Assembly (NCBI GenBank): GCA_047967505.1
Contig: CM106538.1
Source of the DNA: Dipteris shenzhenensis
Lineage: Eukaryota
Length of the DNA: 64,000 nucleotides
Direction: 5' to 3' (one strand)
In this document: in pieces, positions 37,568-51,080 of the stretch
Numbering within the stretch: position 1 is the first letter of the stretch
How the letters are laid out: every line of letters starts with the position of its first letter
The notes under the pieces: generated by a model
Seen by the model: the letters and a program-made list of their open reading frames with translations, nothing else
What the model was told of the DNA's origin: nothing
Database searches by the model: none
Made by a program: the position numbers and the translations under genes

Positions 37568-39995
37568 ACTCTAGTCTACGCTTCTTCCTGCTTGGCTCAG
37601 ATCCCTTTTTTGCTTGCTGACGCAGAGATGGCTGCACAATTTCATTCTCTATATCTTGAGGATTTGTAATGCTAGCTAGCCCTGCAATAGCTATAATACT
37701 TTGGAGAGGATAGGATCATGTGTCCGAGAACAAAACTAAAGCTACACTACATCTAATCAGAACAACATGATTTGTAGTAGCATGAATGGGCCTCATCTTC
37801 ACCATCCGACTGAGGACCCTGAACTTCATGATGTTCATCTTTCCATCCGGTGATAATTGTCAATGGAACACCAAAATGTGTTGAGCCACTCTGTTGATGT
37901 AGTGGCCGATCAAAGCCATCCCCCCACCAGAAGACCCTCTGGTTCCACCCTTGCGTCTGGTATATTCATCAACCCATAAGATATCTTGCAACCAACATAT
38001 TACATCAAAACCCAAAGATTATATAAATTAATAAAATATCATTTTTCATTAATAAGAATAAGGGTTTTTCACATATGAAAAATAATATCTTTAAAAAATC
38101 ATATTTGGGAGGCCACTGAGACCCTAGCAACCATGTGCATCAATTTTATGCCAAAAAGCCCCCTGTAAGCCCAAAATCCGACATCGTGCGACTAGAGCCT
38201 AGTTTCTGCAATGCGACCAGAGCCCAGTTTGTGTAGAAACTGGGCTCCTAGACCCTAGCAACCATGTGCATCAATTTTATGCCAAAGAAACCCCTACAAG
38301 CCCAAAATTCGACATCGTGCAACCAAAGTCTAGTTTCTGCAGTGCGACCAGAGCCCAGTTTGTGTAGAAATTGGGCTCTAGGCACAAACTGGGCTCTGGT
38401 CGCACTATAGAAACTGGGCTCTGGTCGCATGATGTCGAATTTTGGGCTTGCAGGGGTTTTTTTGGCATAAAATTGATGCACATGGTTGCTAGGGTCTCAG
38501 TGGCCTCCCAAATATGATTTTTTAAAGATATTATTTTTCATATGTGAAAAAACCATAACCCTAATTGTTTACACAAATGGAGTGGGAGGGGCATGTGTCA
38601 GGGGCAAGTGGCATTGGCAGGATGTCCTAGGTTTAAAATCATAACATTTTGTTGGGTTTTGTACTCTAAACCCTAAACCCTAATTTTTATTCCCTAAAAC
38701 TAATAAAATTCCATGTGGCCTGAATAAAAACCACAAACTTGTTATTTTCCCTATGTTTCAAAACCATAACCCTAATTTTTTCCACAAATGGAGTGGCAGG
38801 GGCAAGTGACAATGGCGGGATGCGCTGGGTTTAAAATCATAACATTTGGTTGGGTTTTGTACCCTAAATCCTTAACCTTATTTTTTATTCCCTAAATAAA
38901 ATTTGGGAGGCCACTGAAACCTAGCATGGCATGTGCATCATTTTCAAGCAAAAAAATGCCCTGAAAACCCTAAATCCAACATCATGCAACCAGAGCCCAC
39001 AGTTTCTGCAGCACATGGTTGCTTGGGTCTTAGTGGCCTCCCATTTTTTTTTACATATTTTTTTCCTAAATTACAAAACCATAACCCTAATTGTTTCCAA
39101 AAATCGAATGGCAGGGGCAAGTGGTAGTGGCAGGATGTCTTGGGTTTAAAATCATAAATTTTGGTTGGGTTTTGTACTCTAAGCCCTAAACCCTATTTTA
39201 TATTCCGTACCAGTTGAAGAAAAAGCAATGATTTTTGTTGCTAAAATGGAACCTAGAATTATACTGATGATTTTGAATCACATGATGAAGTTGGCAAAGC
39301 TACATACCTTTTCTGCCTCATCACAGAGTGTGTTAGCTCTACAGTGTCCAACTGGACTCCCTTTTGTGGTTGGTCTTGAACTTCATGCTGGCTTGAGGTG
39401 CCAGCTTCTTCATCTCTCTCCCCAAACTCTGCAAATTCATGAACTGCTCATTGGACATGTCGTACTCTGGTGTAGCACCCTCGATTGCCTTCTGTGTTAG
39501 TTGGATTGCCTCTAGATCAGTGAGGCTTGAGTCATCAAAACGTGCAATCTCATCGATTGCTGGATTGACTGGAGCATCAAAGTTAATGACATCATCAAAA
39601 GTGTCATTCGAGAGCCGACATAGCACCTCATCCTCTCAGAGACCGGTTTCTTCCATCACTTCCAATAGGGTACGGTATTCCTCACCCTCAATCCTCATTG
39701 GATCAACCGAAGCAAGGTGTGGCTTGGTTGCTGCCTCATCTAGATTATAGGTAGAGGATGGATATGCACGAGTCGGATATAAAGATAAGATGACCTTGCT
39801 TTCAACTTGCTCCTTAGCTATGCTAATAGTATGCTCCTCAGGCTCCAGGTCTAGGTTTAGGTCATCTCCTCCACCACTTGTTGATGGACCTGCTCCACCA
39901 CTTGTGGATGCAAGACCCTCGAGCTGCTCGCCAACATCCTCATCAAACTTGCTAGTCGCAAGGAGAATGGTAAGGGCTGCATCTCTCTCGATCAA
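37568..39995 (-). pseudogene. Degenerate TE-associated gene of unknown function (segments ~39305-39995 and ~37568-37985, ending in NLS-like SRKKRRLE*)
   Basis: ORFs 39636-39995 and 39339-39626 are in frame, separated by a stop; acidic protein-like sequence; repeat-filled intervening region. Confidence 0.4.
38062..38554. repeat. Fold-back: ~170-bp inverted arms with an extra internal direct copy, followed by 3 related units with telobox-like AAACCCTA (38555-39200)
   Basis: 38062-38233 is the reverse complement of 38383-38554. Confidence 0.88.
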
Positions 39996-40559
39996 ATGAA
40001 TTGGGGAAGATGAATAACTCAGATATCATTTCATCTGATCTGTTTTGGAGAATGGACAATTGAAGTAGGAAAAGATACACACCAGCCAGACTCTTGTGGA
40101 TATGTTGACTACAGTGGTAACCAAGGAGAATTTTAGCTCTTGCTCAATTTCAATTGGTCTTTAAGAATGAGAAACAATATGAGAGATAGCAAGATCCAAA
40201 GAATTTCATTGAGTGTAGTAATAGAGGAGTTACTATGATCAATCTCCAAGTGGGAAATTGTTGTATGTGGGAATTGATCCTTATTTGTGAGGTTATTTTT
40301 AGTTTTGCTTTGGACCCACTCATGTTTATAATTACTCTATGAATTGAGGGTGTAGGGAGGGCAACACCCCTCCTATTACTATCATCAGCGGTTCCAACGA
40401 GACTGGTGGATGAGTTTTGTGGTCAAATTTGTGAAATGAGGTTGTGGATCATATAGCATGAGAGAAATGGGTACACTAATTGTCTCTTGTATCTTCTCGT
40501 GCAGGCTGGATAAGAAAATCACAAGTAAACATGTTCCCAAAAGATGCTCCATATCTATT

Positions 40560-41000
40560 ACCCCTTGAATGCACGTGATACATAGGGTTTCTTACTAGTG
40601 CACTCCCCGAGAAAGTTTTCTCTATGTTCTTGAACATATGCATGGGATCTATAAGATGAGCAATCTTTAAAGGTATCTAATATGATAAGGTATAGAAAAT
40701 GGACAGTACGTTCAATTTCATCCCTTTTTGCCTTTCTTGTGTATTTTCTTCTCTCTTTTTTTCAAATTTGGTCCACTTCTCACAACAATATGTAGGATCT
40801 CTCCTAGGTGGTATGATTGAAAGTGCCTCGCTCCACATTGGGGATGTCTCGTGTTGTGCTTAAAAAATTTTTCCATATAAATTGCAATAATTGGGACATG
40901 CATCATGGTTTCTATATTCCATTCCTAATTAATCCATTAGTGAACTTGCCTCCACTGAGCCTGCACCCTTGACATGGTTAGAGTATTGTTTTGTGGCAAT
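40560..41000 (-). pseudogene. CACTA TnpD (Tnp2-like) transposase remnant
   Basis: LKIAHLIDPMHMFKNI motif, with an upstream HDACP-like motif. Confidence 0.6.
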
Positions 41001-44000
41001 ATATTTGTATGTACTAACCTACATGATAGAGAAAAACAAAGAAGTGAAGGATATAAAACATAAAATATAAAGTAGCCTACAAGATAGAGCAAAACATAAA
41101 ATCATATTCCCTTATTTCTTAAGAAAAATATATGGAGAATGTTAATACAAAGATGTTGCAACATCCAAATTTTTCTTGTAGATTCATGATTAGAAAGCTT
41201 GCTGAAAGCCTTGATACAAATGTTCTTTTCTAAAGAATCGGAGTTGTAGCTTCGTTCTTCAACTTTGCATTGTCATCCACATCAATCGTTTATTGGCATC
41301 GACATCATCAATAAACAAATCATCAAACATATCATTCGGTCCATTATCATACATTTGCTCTTCTTTATTATCCTATGTTGGTTTAGGATTTGTTGCATTC
41401 AACCTTAGCAATTGGTATAGTGAAGGCACCTTCTCTTTAATTAACTTGACATACTCTCATGATGATTGAGAAAGATGGGTTCCATGGTGAGGACCCAAAA
41501 TGATATTTGCATCATCATACATCTCACAAGGAAGTTCACATTGTAGCCAATGCACCATATGCCCTACAGTTGTAACTTCTTACAAGCAGTGCCAACCTAG
41601 AAGGAAGTGGATAGTCACCAGAGGTCTCAGTCAGTGCACCAATACTCATAGCTGACGACGATGGAAAGTCATCTCTTGTCCTGATATCTCATTGCAAGTG
41701 TGCCATCACATGTCTACAATGAGTGACACATCCACTAAATCTGCTATACATCTCATCATCATCATGTGATAAATGTTGTCTCTTCAAGTGTGATCTAAGT
41801 TGGTCTCATCTCTATTTCCTAAAATATCATTCATATATATACATTCTTAAGCTAGAAAATTATGGGGCAAAGAAAATTTTAACTTAAAAAAGTATGTATT
41901 AATTATATATATACCATGGATATTGGTGCAACACAGCTACCTCTTGGTGCACCTGGCCATCTGCCTCTAAACATCTCATGATTGCCACATATCTATAATT
42001 TATAATGGAGGAGGCCTTTGCAATCTACACAGCAACACGTGCTCTTCTCCTCAAATTTGCGCTAAGTATCTCACGGTGGAGAATCCTCCTCTATTGAAGA
42101 TGATGACCTAACTACTGGGGGATATGTGTGCTAGAGAGCCCATGTATAGGTGGTGGTGGTGGTGATGGTGTACCTGATGACTCATTTTTGAATCCATATC
42201 CTATATGGAAAACAAACATGCCATAAGATTTTTTCAAACCATTAGTACCTTATATTTTTCAACCATTACAAAACCTATGAGAAATACTTTAATGAATATA
42301 ATATTCAAATGAGAATCTATTTGAGTATGCTAGTTTTATGAATTGTATTTTGCAAGCAAAAAAAAACACTTTGATATGTATATAATGCAAATGAGAATTT
42401 ATTTGAGAATAATAGTTTTAGTACCAACCATTACACAAGCTAGGAAAAACATTTTAATGAATATGAAGTACAACTGCAACTTTCTTGAGATCCTAGGTTT
42501 GCATTAAACCATTTTGAAACACAAGAAAAATCTAGTTTATTGACAACATAGTACCTGCATTTTTACTCAACCATCCTCGGAGGGGGTAAAATAAAGCCCA
42601 AATATCATCTAACGGGGGGGTCTCCATGGGGGGCCAGTTTTGAGTACTAAACTATTTACATGCCACACATCAAGTAATATATTCATGTATTTTGTCAACA
42701 CTCTTGTCTAACATCTACCAAGGCTTTTAGCATTTTCCTGGCTATTTTCATTCATGTGAATGTCTTATCTATAAAACACTCTTCTCTTGCATTAATGCTA
42801 CTAACAATTTTCAAGTTTCTATGATCGAATGCAGATGAAAAGCACGTGTGGAAAACCCATGAGACGTTTGAGTATAGAAAAGGCCTCATGGAGTTTTTTT
42901 AATAAATAAATAACAAAAAAAAAAGGTAGTTGCTAATCCATCGATATTATAAATCATATATCACATATGCATCTTGAAGTTCATTATATTAACACACAGG
43001 TCCAATGCCATTCTTTTAAACACTTGATTTACCTTTATATCACACAAAAATGCAAACGTGGACACATCAGAAGAACGCATCAAGAAAGAATGGAAAAGGG
43101 GATAGTGCAACACTTGGGCAAAGGAGGAAAGTGAACCTTCCTTAATCTGTGAGTATAGTCTATTTTAAAAAATATGTTTAACTCAATAGTTTTCATATTT
43201 GTTCAAGAAAATAATAATCTTCAATTTAATGCAAGAAAAGGATTATGGGTGGGATTCTACAAAGGAGGAGATGGGAGAGGTCACCAGGTACTTGGATACC
43301 TTGCTCTTTGTAAGAGGCTACTTGTTGCAATGGGTGTGATGCCTTTACTAGTGGTACGTGAGTGGTATGTTAAGTCTATCTATATTCCTTACACATTATG
43401 TTTCCTTTGAAAACTCATAGGCTTTCTGCATGTGTGTTTTTTTTTAAATGTTTATTTGTGTAGGATCTCATGAAGCTTATAGGCTCATAAAAAATAAATT
43501 GATATAATATGTGATATATTAGATGCAAGAGATAGAGGGAGAGGAATTTGAAGAGGAGGAACAAAGAGCTACACAAGAGAGGCAAGAAGATGATGAAAGA
43601 GGTGACAAGGACGAAGGTGACGATGGACATGATGGATCAGATAGTGATCATAGTGGAGATGGTCATGGTACAGGTGTAGGATGGGAGTAGGGCTGGAATA
43701 TGGGAGATGAGGGATTAGAGGGCTGGAATCACTAGTAGATGAGAGAGCGGGATCAAGATCCCATTTTGAGTACTAGCTAGAGACACATGACTATAGGCAT
43801 AATTGATATTGTATGTACTTTTTTATATTTGGATCATTAATATGTTTACTTACTTTCATTATATATTTACGTCTAAACCTAGCATTCAAATTTATGGTAT
43901 TTGAATAAAATCAAATATAAGTTATGAAATAAAATAGTCTAGTTGAGTCATATTAAGTGGAGCAATTATTACCATATTTTCCATGGTTCATAATTTATAG

Positions 44001-45546
44001 TTCATAAGCATTTAATTCCATCTAACAATGTGGGGAAAAAAATAAAACCATCGGGAACATGTACTCACTCCTTTCATAAAATAGAGTGAGTACAAGTAGT
44101 ATGCGTTTATAAAATAGTATGCAAATCATTTACGATTTTACAATTAAAGAAAAATAGAGCTAAGATATGTGAAACTTACTGTGCTTGGAATGACACGCTT
44201 GAAAAATAGACTCTAATAGCTAACAGCAGAGAAAAGGCCCAGAAAAGGATTAGAGATAGAAAATGGAGATATACTAAGATAAAGTAGAAAATGGAGACAA
44301 ATTAATAGAAAATATAGATTTGGAACTGTGATACTAGAGCTAGGGACTTGCAAATGGCACGACGGGCTAAAGCAGCTTGTTTATGTCTACAAGGGCCATC
44401 CCTAACAACTTTTTTTTTATAGGCATGTTTGAGTCATTAAAAGACTCAATTTGAGTCATTTTAAGACCCTAGCTTTTGAAAAAATAGACTCATTAAGTGA
44501 CTCAAATGCTACAATCATTTAATGATATTCACTCAAATTTTTTTTAGGGATAGGGTCTTAAAACGACTCAAATTGAGTTGTTACTGATATTCCAGTATGA
44601 CTCTGGTAACGACTCTATATATTTTTTTTAAATATACGTATTTGTGTCACTTGCGTAATCGTTATGGGTGGATTCTACAGTAGTGCAATTGTGAAAAATC
44701 TGACAAATTTTAGGCAATTTAGTTATATTTTAGCTTTAAAATCTGCAAATTCTCAAGAAAAACTTGAAACTATTTGGTGAGAAAAATGGTTTTATGGTGA
44801 GGTGGGGAGAAAAGAGTTTATTAGCATTGCCTCTTTAGAGGGAGTGCTATATTGTGGAGGATTGAAACTCTTTTGTGAGTTTAGACATGTAATTTTGAAA
44901 TAATTCACAAAGTTTTGTGTTTCAAATTGCCATTTATGGAGATCATCCTACAAAAGATTCCTTTTAATAGCCCAATGCTCTTTTGAAAATCATGTGCTTT
45001 CTCTTTTGCATCCAAAAGTGCAGGCGGGTGCTCTCCAAACAAACATATTAATATTAGGATGCGTTTACACCACCGTGTCCACTCGAGGTTGGCTCAATAG
45101 GAGGGACGGGCTTGAACACTGAAACAAAGTTAGGAGCTTGGATGCGCACCCAGGTCTGACCCTCGAGAAACGGAGGTGCAATGAATGATATTGACAAAGT
45201 CGAGGTTTTACAATTTCAAACATGGGTGCAGGAACCCAGCGTTATTCTGCATGAGATGTTGGTGAAGTCCAAACATAATATTATTATGATGAACGTTGAG
45301 GGTGGCGCGCCACTTCATGTGGAGGCGTTCTTTGTATTCATGCACACCTCACGCCTCCCCTTCAGATTCACAAGTCTTTCCTCTCAACGATAATCAGCAA
45401 TTTATTTCTCCAGCGCGTATGCTGCTTTCATGAGCTCTGGGTTTCTTCTGTTCCTGCAGCTTTGCCCTCCATGCTGCAATACGGCTGCTCGAAAAGCTCA
45501 GATCTAAATTATATTCTCTTTGTTCTTGATTAACCAGATCAGGTGC

Positions 45547-47358
45547 ATGGCAAGGAAACAGTGCAAGATGTCCGCAGCGCAGGAGAGAAGAGCATGGATG
45601 CCGCGGCTGATGACGGTGACCGTGATCGTCTTGAGCCTTCTGCTCGGCTTTCAGAGCTGCACATGTTTGAAAACGGACAACACTCCTGCTGCCATCGCTA
45701 CTCCGAATGCTACAACGCCTAATGCCACTCATGTCTCGACCAACCATAGCGATGGCGAATCTTATCCAAATGTGCCTGCCATCTTCGTCTTCGGTGACTC
45801 CACAGTCGACAGTGGCAACAACAACGAACTCTTGACCATCGCTCGCGCAGATTTCTACCCTTTCGGCAGAGATTTTGACACCCATCAGGCCACCGGAAGG
45901 TTCAGCAACGGCAGGCTCAGCATCGACTACCTAGGTGTGTCGAATCAATCCTTTGCGGATACCACTTATCGTCCATCTCCTTGCAATTCTGCTGTGATAT
46001 AAAATAGATTTTCGATTTCTTGCAGCCGGGGAGATCTTGCCATGACTTTCCTTGCATTCTGCGCTGTGATAGATGCACTATCGGCGACAATGTAACCATT
46101 TTTTCTCCCGCTGCTGTGCCCAGCTTCGTTCCTACAGCTGCCGCTGGCACCTCCCTTCCTCGCCGACACCACCGCTGTCTTTAACCGAGGAGTCAATTTC
46201 GCGTCTGCTGGATGTGGAATCCTTAACACTACGGGCAATGTTTTCGTAAGTCAAACAGTTTTGCTCGCAAGTGTTAGCACGCAGTGGCTTCGTCGTCTAA
46301 CTCGTGTATACGTGATGTCCAGGGAGAGCATATCTCAATGGATCAACAACTTGCTTACTTCACGCATGTAAAACGTCACCTTGTTTCTACGTTTGGGTCC
46401 TCAAAGACTAACGATCTCATTGCACGCTCTATATACTATATCTCAGTAGGAACCAACGATTACTTGAAGAACTACCTATTGGCAGACTCTTACTATGCAA
46501 CTCGATATTCCGAGGCAGCCTTCCAAGATCTACTGCTGAGCTCGTTCTCTGCTGTGGTCCAGGTGCGCTCTCTCTCTCTCTCTCCCGCCGCCGCCCCCCC
46601 CCTCACCCCCCCCGCCGCCAAAATGCTTACGTTGATCATATTAGAAGTTTGGGATGGCCTTCTTCTGAGCCATCAGCTTCTGAAGATACCTTTGGCACCA
46701 GGTATATAGAGCACATACACTACTACTTCGGTTTCTCAAACTGGATCGTAACATGATGATCCGCAACGTCTATCTCATGTGCAGAAACTCTACAACTTGG
46801 GTGCGCGCAAAATCGTGGTGGCGTCACTTTCACCAATGGGCTGCATCCCTTCCCAGTTGGAAAAGTTTCGAAGCATGAACGGCACTCCAATAACGTCACT
46901 TAACATGATGGCACAAGATTACAACAGGGCACTTCTCGTGATGTTGCTTAGGCTGCAAATGTCACTTCCAGGAGCACTTTTCGTGTATAACAATGTTTAC
47001 GATCTGCTAAATGAGATAACGTACGATCCAGCAGCTTATGGTATGCACTCTCGTTGGATGGGTGATTACGCTATGGAGTACCCCAAAAGGCAAAGCTTAT
47101 GAAGGAAATAGTAAATTTGATCTTTATGGCGCAGGTTTTAAGTTTGGAGACAGTGCGTGTTGCGGGATGGGGAGCTATGGAGGAGCTTTCCCTTGCCTTC
47201 CTGACCTTACAGTATGCAACAATGCTTCTGAATACGTTTTTTGGGACGAATTCCACCCCACGTCCGCTACATACTATTTGCTTGCGCGAACCTTCTGGGA
47301 GGGTGGCCTTGAATACAGCTTTCCCATGAATATCAGCCGGTTGGCTTCCATCCAATGA
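45547..47358 (+). CDS. GDSL (SGNH) esterase/lipase, probably secreted; exons 45547-45934, 46124-46245, 46323-46562, 46785-47040, 47135-47358 (409 aa)
   Basis: Hydrophobic N-terminal segment; [27 protein letters not shown] and FWDEFHPT blocks; all introns GT-AG; spliced length 1230 nt, in frame. The start codon could be one of several nearby ATGs. Confidence 0.95.
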
Positions 47359-47669
47359 CAACCAAATTCAGGGAGAAATTTTTTCCTTTGAATCTAGAGT
47401 CGACATGGCCTTTGGAATATGCATATGTGGAATGTAAAATTTCATATTTTGATATATAGCTATTTTTAATTTGTCATATAAGCCTTGGCACTTGTTAATA
47501 TTATCAAATTTGCATTAGCCATCAAAGGAAGGACCCATTTCCTTCCATCCTTGAAAACTCGTTCAATCAAAAGCTAGCAACTTTTCATTCAAGTAACAAC
47601 CAAATTTTTATTTGCAGAACATATATTTTCCTATGAGTTATCATCCCTTCTAAGACAACATGGCCTTTT

Positions 47670-49340
47670 TGTAACATGACCATAAAAGGCTCTCTTGGAC
47701 TCTCCACCCAGCCACGATTCCAGAGTCCTCCCTACAGCCTACCTGCATGAACTCTTACCCCTAAATTCCTTTTCTTTTCGTGGAGCCTCCCTCTATAATC
47801 TCCCCTGAACCCAATGCTTGCCACTTGGAGCCCAATTGAGTGCCACATGTCCATAATGGACCTTAGAACCTTACTGTCCTTTAAGCCTTAATATTGCACT
47901 CCCTATTGATGCAAGCACTGTCGAGCATTTTGGTTTCCCGCTTCACTGTAACCACACCAGACAATGCCGGGATTATGGCTGATGTAACATTCCCTTCCCC
48001 TTAAGACTAGTTTACGTCCTCAAAAACAAAATTGGGAAACCTCCTCTGGAGACTGCTTACCCTTTCCCATGTTGAACTCTCTTCAGATCTAACTTTCCAC
48101 TTAACCAGACATTCTTGCCATATAGTATGTCGCGTTCTTTTTTCTTGTCTATCTAAAATTCTTTCTGGTTCATGTGGTAAAGATGCGGGTTCAATGAGTT
48201 CAACTAGGACTTCATTTCCAATGAGATTATCATCATCTCCTAATTTTCTTTTTAGCCTACTAACATGAAAACCTGGATGTACTCTACATCCCTCAGGTAA
48301 GGCTAATTTGTAAGAAAGCTCTCCAATCCTCTTAAGTATTGTGAATGGTCCACAATACCTAGGAGACAACTTCGGACATTTACCTGTCTTTAGAGATTCT
48401 GAAGATTCAGGTACCTTAAGGTAGACTTTCTCATTTACTTCAAACTCCAACTTTCAACAGTGGGGGTTTGCATAACTTCATGCTCTATCTTGAGCTCTTC
48501 TTATGCTATCTTTAGCTAACTTAAGCATTTGATTCATTCTTTAAGAAAGTCTTTGGCCGCTTGAACCTTCTCTTTTTCAAGTCCCACTGTCATTGGGGCT
48601 CTTGGTTGAAATCCATACATCATCATGAATGGACTAAAACCTGTAGCTGAATGTTTGGCACTGTTATATGCAAATTCTAATATGGGCAAATACTGTTCCG
48701 AATTAGTTTGCCGTTTACTTACATATGCTCAAAGCATATCCTCAATGATCTGATTGACCCTTTCAGTTTGACCATCACTCTATGGATGGTCCACGGTGCT
48801 CATATTCAATGAAGTTTCTAACCTCTTGAACATAGCCCTCCAAAAATGGCCATTAAATTTTCTATCCCGGTCACTAACAATACCAGCTGGTAGCCCATAT
48901 AGTCTATAGATATGCTCCACAGATAGCCTAGCTAATTAACGAGTTTTAACATCTTCATTGACAGGAATAAAATAAGCCATCTTGGTCAACCGATCCACAA
49001 TTACCCACATAGAGTTGTGCCCCCCCTCTGTGTCCTAGGTAACCCCACAATGAAATCCATGGAAATGCTTTTCCATTTGCCAGATGGAATTTCCAATGGG
49101 TGTAGGGGACCTCCTACCTTAAGGCATTTAGTCTTATTAACCTGGCATTTTTGGCACTTCAATACATAGTCTTGGATGTCCTTACATATTCCAAGCCAAA
49201 GGAATTGTCTTTTCAGAAGCACATATGTCTTTCAAATTCCCGGGTGTCCAGTACTCGGACTATTTTAACATTCAAAAAGGATTTGGTGCCTAATGTCATT
49301 ATCATCTGGGACACATACTCTACCCTCGTAGAGCAGGTAG
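47670..49340 (-). mobile_element. Ty3/gypsy chromovirus 3' portion: integrase, chromodomain, PPT, probable 3' LTR (47670-47989)
   Basis: GHPG...[36 protein letters not shown], chromodomain ECLVKW...STWE; PPT GGGGAAGGGAA (47990-48000) followed by TGTTACA. Confidence 0.88.
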
Positions 49341-49479
49341 CTATCTTCAATAGTATATTTTTTCCACTTGAGTCCTTTATCTCACCAACTTGTGGTGTGT
49401 CGCCATTTCCATGCAACTCCTCAGTGAAAGCCTCTTGATTACTTGGATCTCTATTTTTAATTGCTTTCCATATTTCACA

Positions 49480-51078
49480 CACAACAACACAAAGCAACTA
49501 TAGATGCACTTGATAGACGCGCAAAATAGCGAGCACGTCTATAGGCATTGCTTGAATAGAGAAATTACGGGTGCGTCTAATAGCACGTCTAACAGGTCGT
49601 CTATTTGTGTGTGTATTGACACTTCTATTAGCGCATCTACACTAAGAAGATACAGGCCCGTCTAATACTACGTCTGTTAGAGCATCTATTTGCGTGTGTA
49701 TTAGCGTGTCTATTAGCGCATCTACACTGAGAATTAGACGCGTATTTAGACGCAAAATAGAGAATATAGAAAGTGAGATTTTGGTGTACATCACTGCTTT
49801 CCAAACATTGCCCATGATTACCAAAGCACATAATTTTAACAAAAACATCAATGCTTTTTTGCAAGCCCACATATACAAGAATTAAGTGAGGTGAGGACAA
49901 TGAGACAATTGTAAAATAGTTTTGCCAATATCAATGATGGGATACTGTTCAATCTCATCCTCAATGAGATCAACCCTTACCAAACTATCTACTTCAAAAT
50001 CCAAACAAATGTTTAGATCTACAAATACATTCAACCCACTACTACTTGTGCTATGCATGTGCTCATCGAAATTAGCTTCACCAATGGTAGGCTTGTCCTC
50101 ACGGGTAATGGCCTCAATATCTGTGTCTCCTATCTCATGATCATCCTCCTCTAGTCTCGTATCACGGTCATCATCGCCTCCATGGCCATGATCATCCTCC
50201 ATATGCTCCATATTAGTAAATGTACTATACATCACTTTGGAAGGTGGCATAATAGGTATGACATGCCACCATCCATTATTATCCACCCTTGGTTGATAGA
50301 CAACCTAATTCAAACACAAATACAATCATGTTATTTTCCTTGCATCGAAGGTATCAAATATTTAAAAGCGAGTATTTTTATATGTGTGCACAGTGCCTGT
50401 TCACATTGTTGCGGTAGTACTAGTGTGTCCTTCCTACTTTGCCAAAACTTTTTGGAGTCAATAGCTACAAAGCCACTTGCATGGCGTTTGATTGTTGCAT
50501 TAGGGCCTCTTTCCACCACGTCCTTAAGCCACTTTACATCCAAAACATACACAAAGAAGTGTCGAAAGTCGAGCTTAATAATATCTTGAATTATGCCACA
50601 ATAATCATCCATGGCTCCATTGGCTCCCTCAAAGCTAGCAATGACGCCGCAATCTTGTGTGTTTCTCTTATCATCAATCCGTTGTATTCGAAAATGCTTG
50701 CCCTCACACCATATAGCATTGAACATAGTGCACTACACTAAGAAAAAATCAATTAAATAAACAATCTAAATTATTGAAAGCTCTTAACTTATGCATAACA
50801 TTCTATATACTGACCTTGCTCATGCATCCCCTAGCATACTCCCATTCTTCCATTGTGATATGCATCCCCTCGTCTTTCTCTGCTTTCTCCATTTCGTCAA
50901 GTAGCCAATCCACATGAATATCCTTTGGAAATGCTCTTAGATACTGAGGGTATGGCACACGAGATCCATGGTGTGTATGAAAGAGGGCCCTTTCTTCTTG
51001 TCTTCTTGCATTTGCATCCTCGTATCTTGTCACCCATCTTTTCATCACATCACTATTAAGCACGCAATAGAGGTTGAT
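49480..51078 (-). mobile_element. CACTA 3' half: TnpD C-terminal exons (DUF4216-like) plus TAGACGC subterminal repeats (49500-49750)
   Basis: FRIQRIDDKRNTQDCGV...DYCGIIQDIIKLDF...VKW...GFVAID...LPQQCEQ; exon ORFs 50803-51087, 50331-50726, 49882-50286. Confidence 0.8.
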
Positions 51079-51080
51079 AT

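Larger units (their letters stand above)
462..44685. mobile_element. Putative ancient CACTA (En/Spm) element whose degenerate ends may enclose ~44 kb of nested insertions
   Basis: Left end CACAACTATAGATTGCACCCAAAGCGA (462) matches the reverse complement of the right end, CACTACTGTAGAATCCACCCATAACGA (ending TAGTG at 44685), at 21/27 positions. GAGTC/GACTC subterminal repeats occur at both ends (~525-660 and ~44430-44620). Flanks CAT and CAA give only an imperfect 3-bp TSD. A TnpD remnant lies at 40560-41000. The two ends could belong to different copies. Confidence 0.45.

Noticed and set aside
45394-45885. 163-aa antisense ORF over GDSL exon 1
   Set aside because: A shadow ORF of a GC-rich coding exon.
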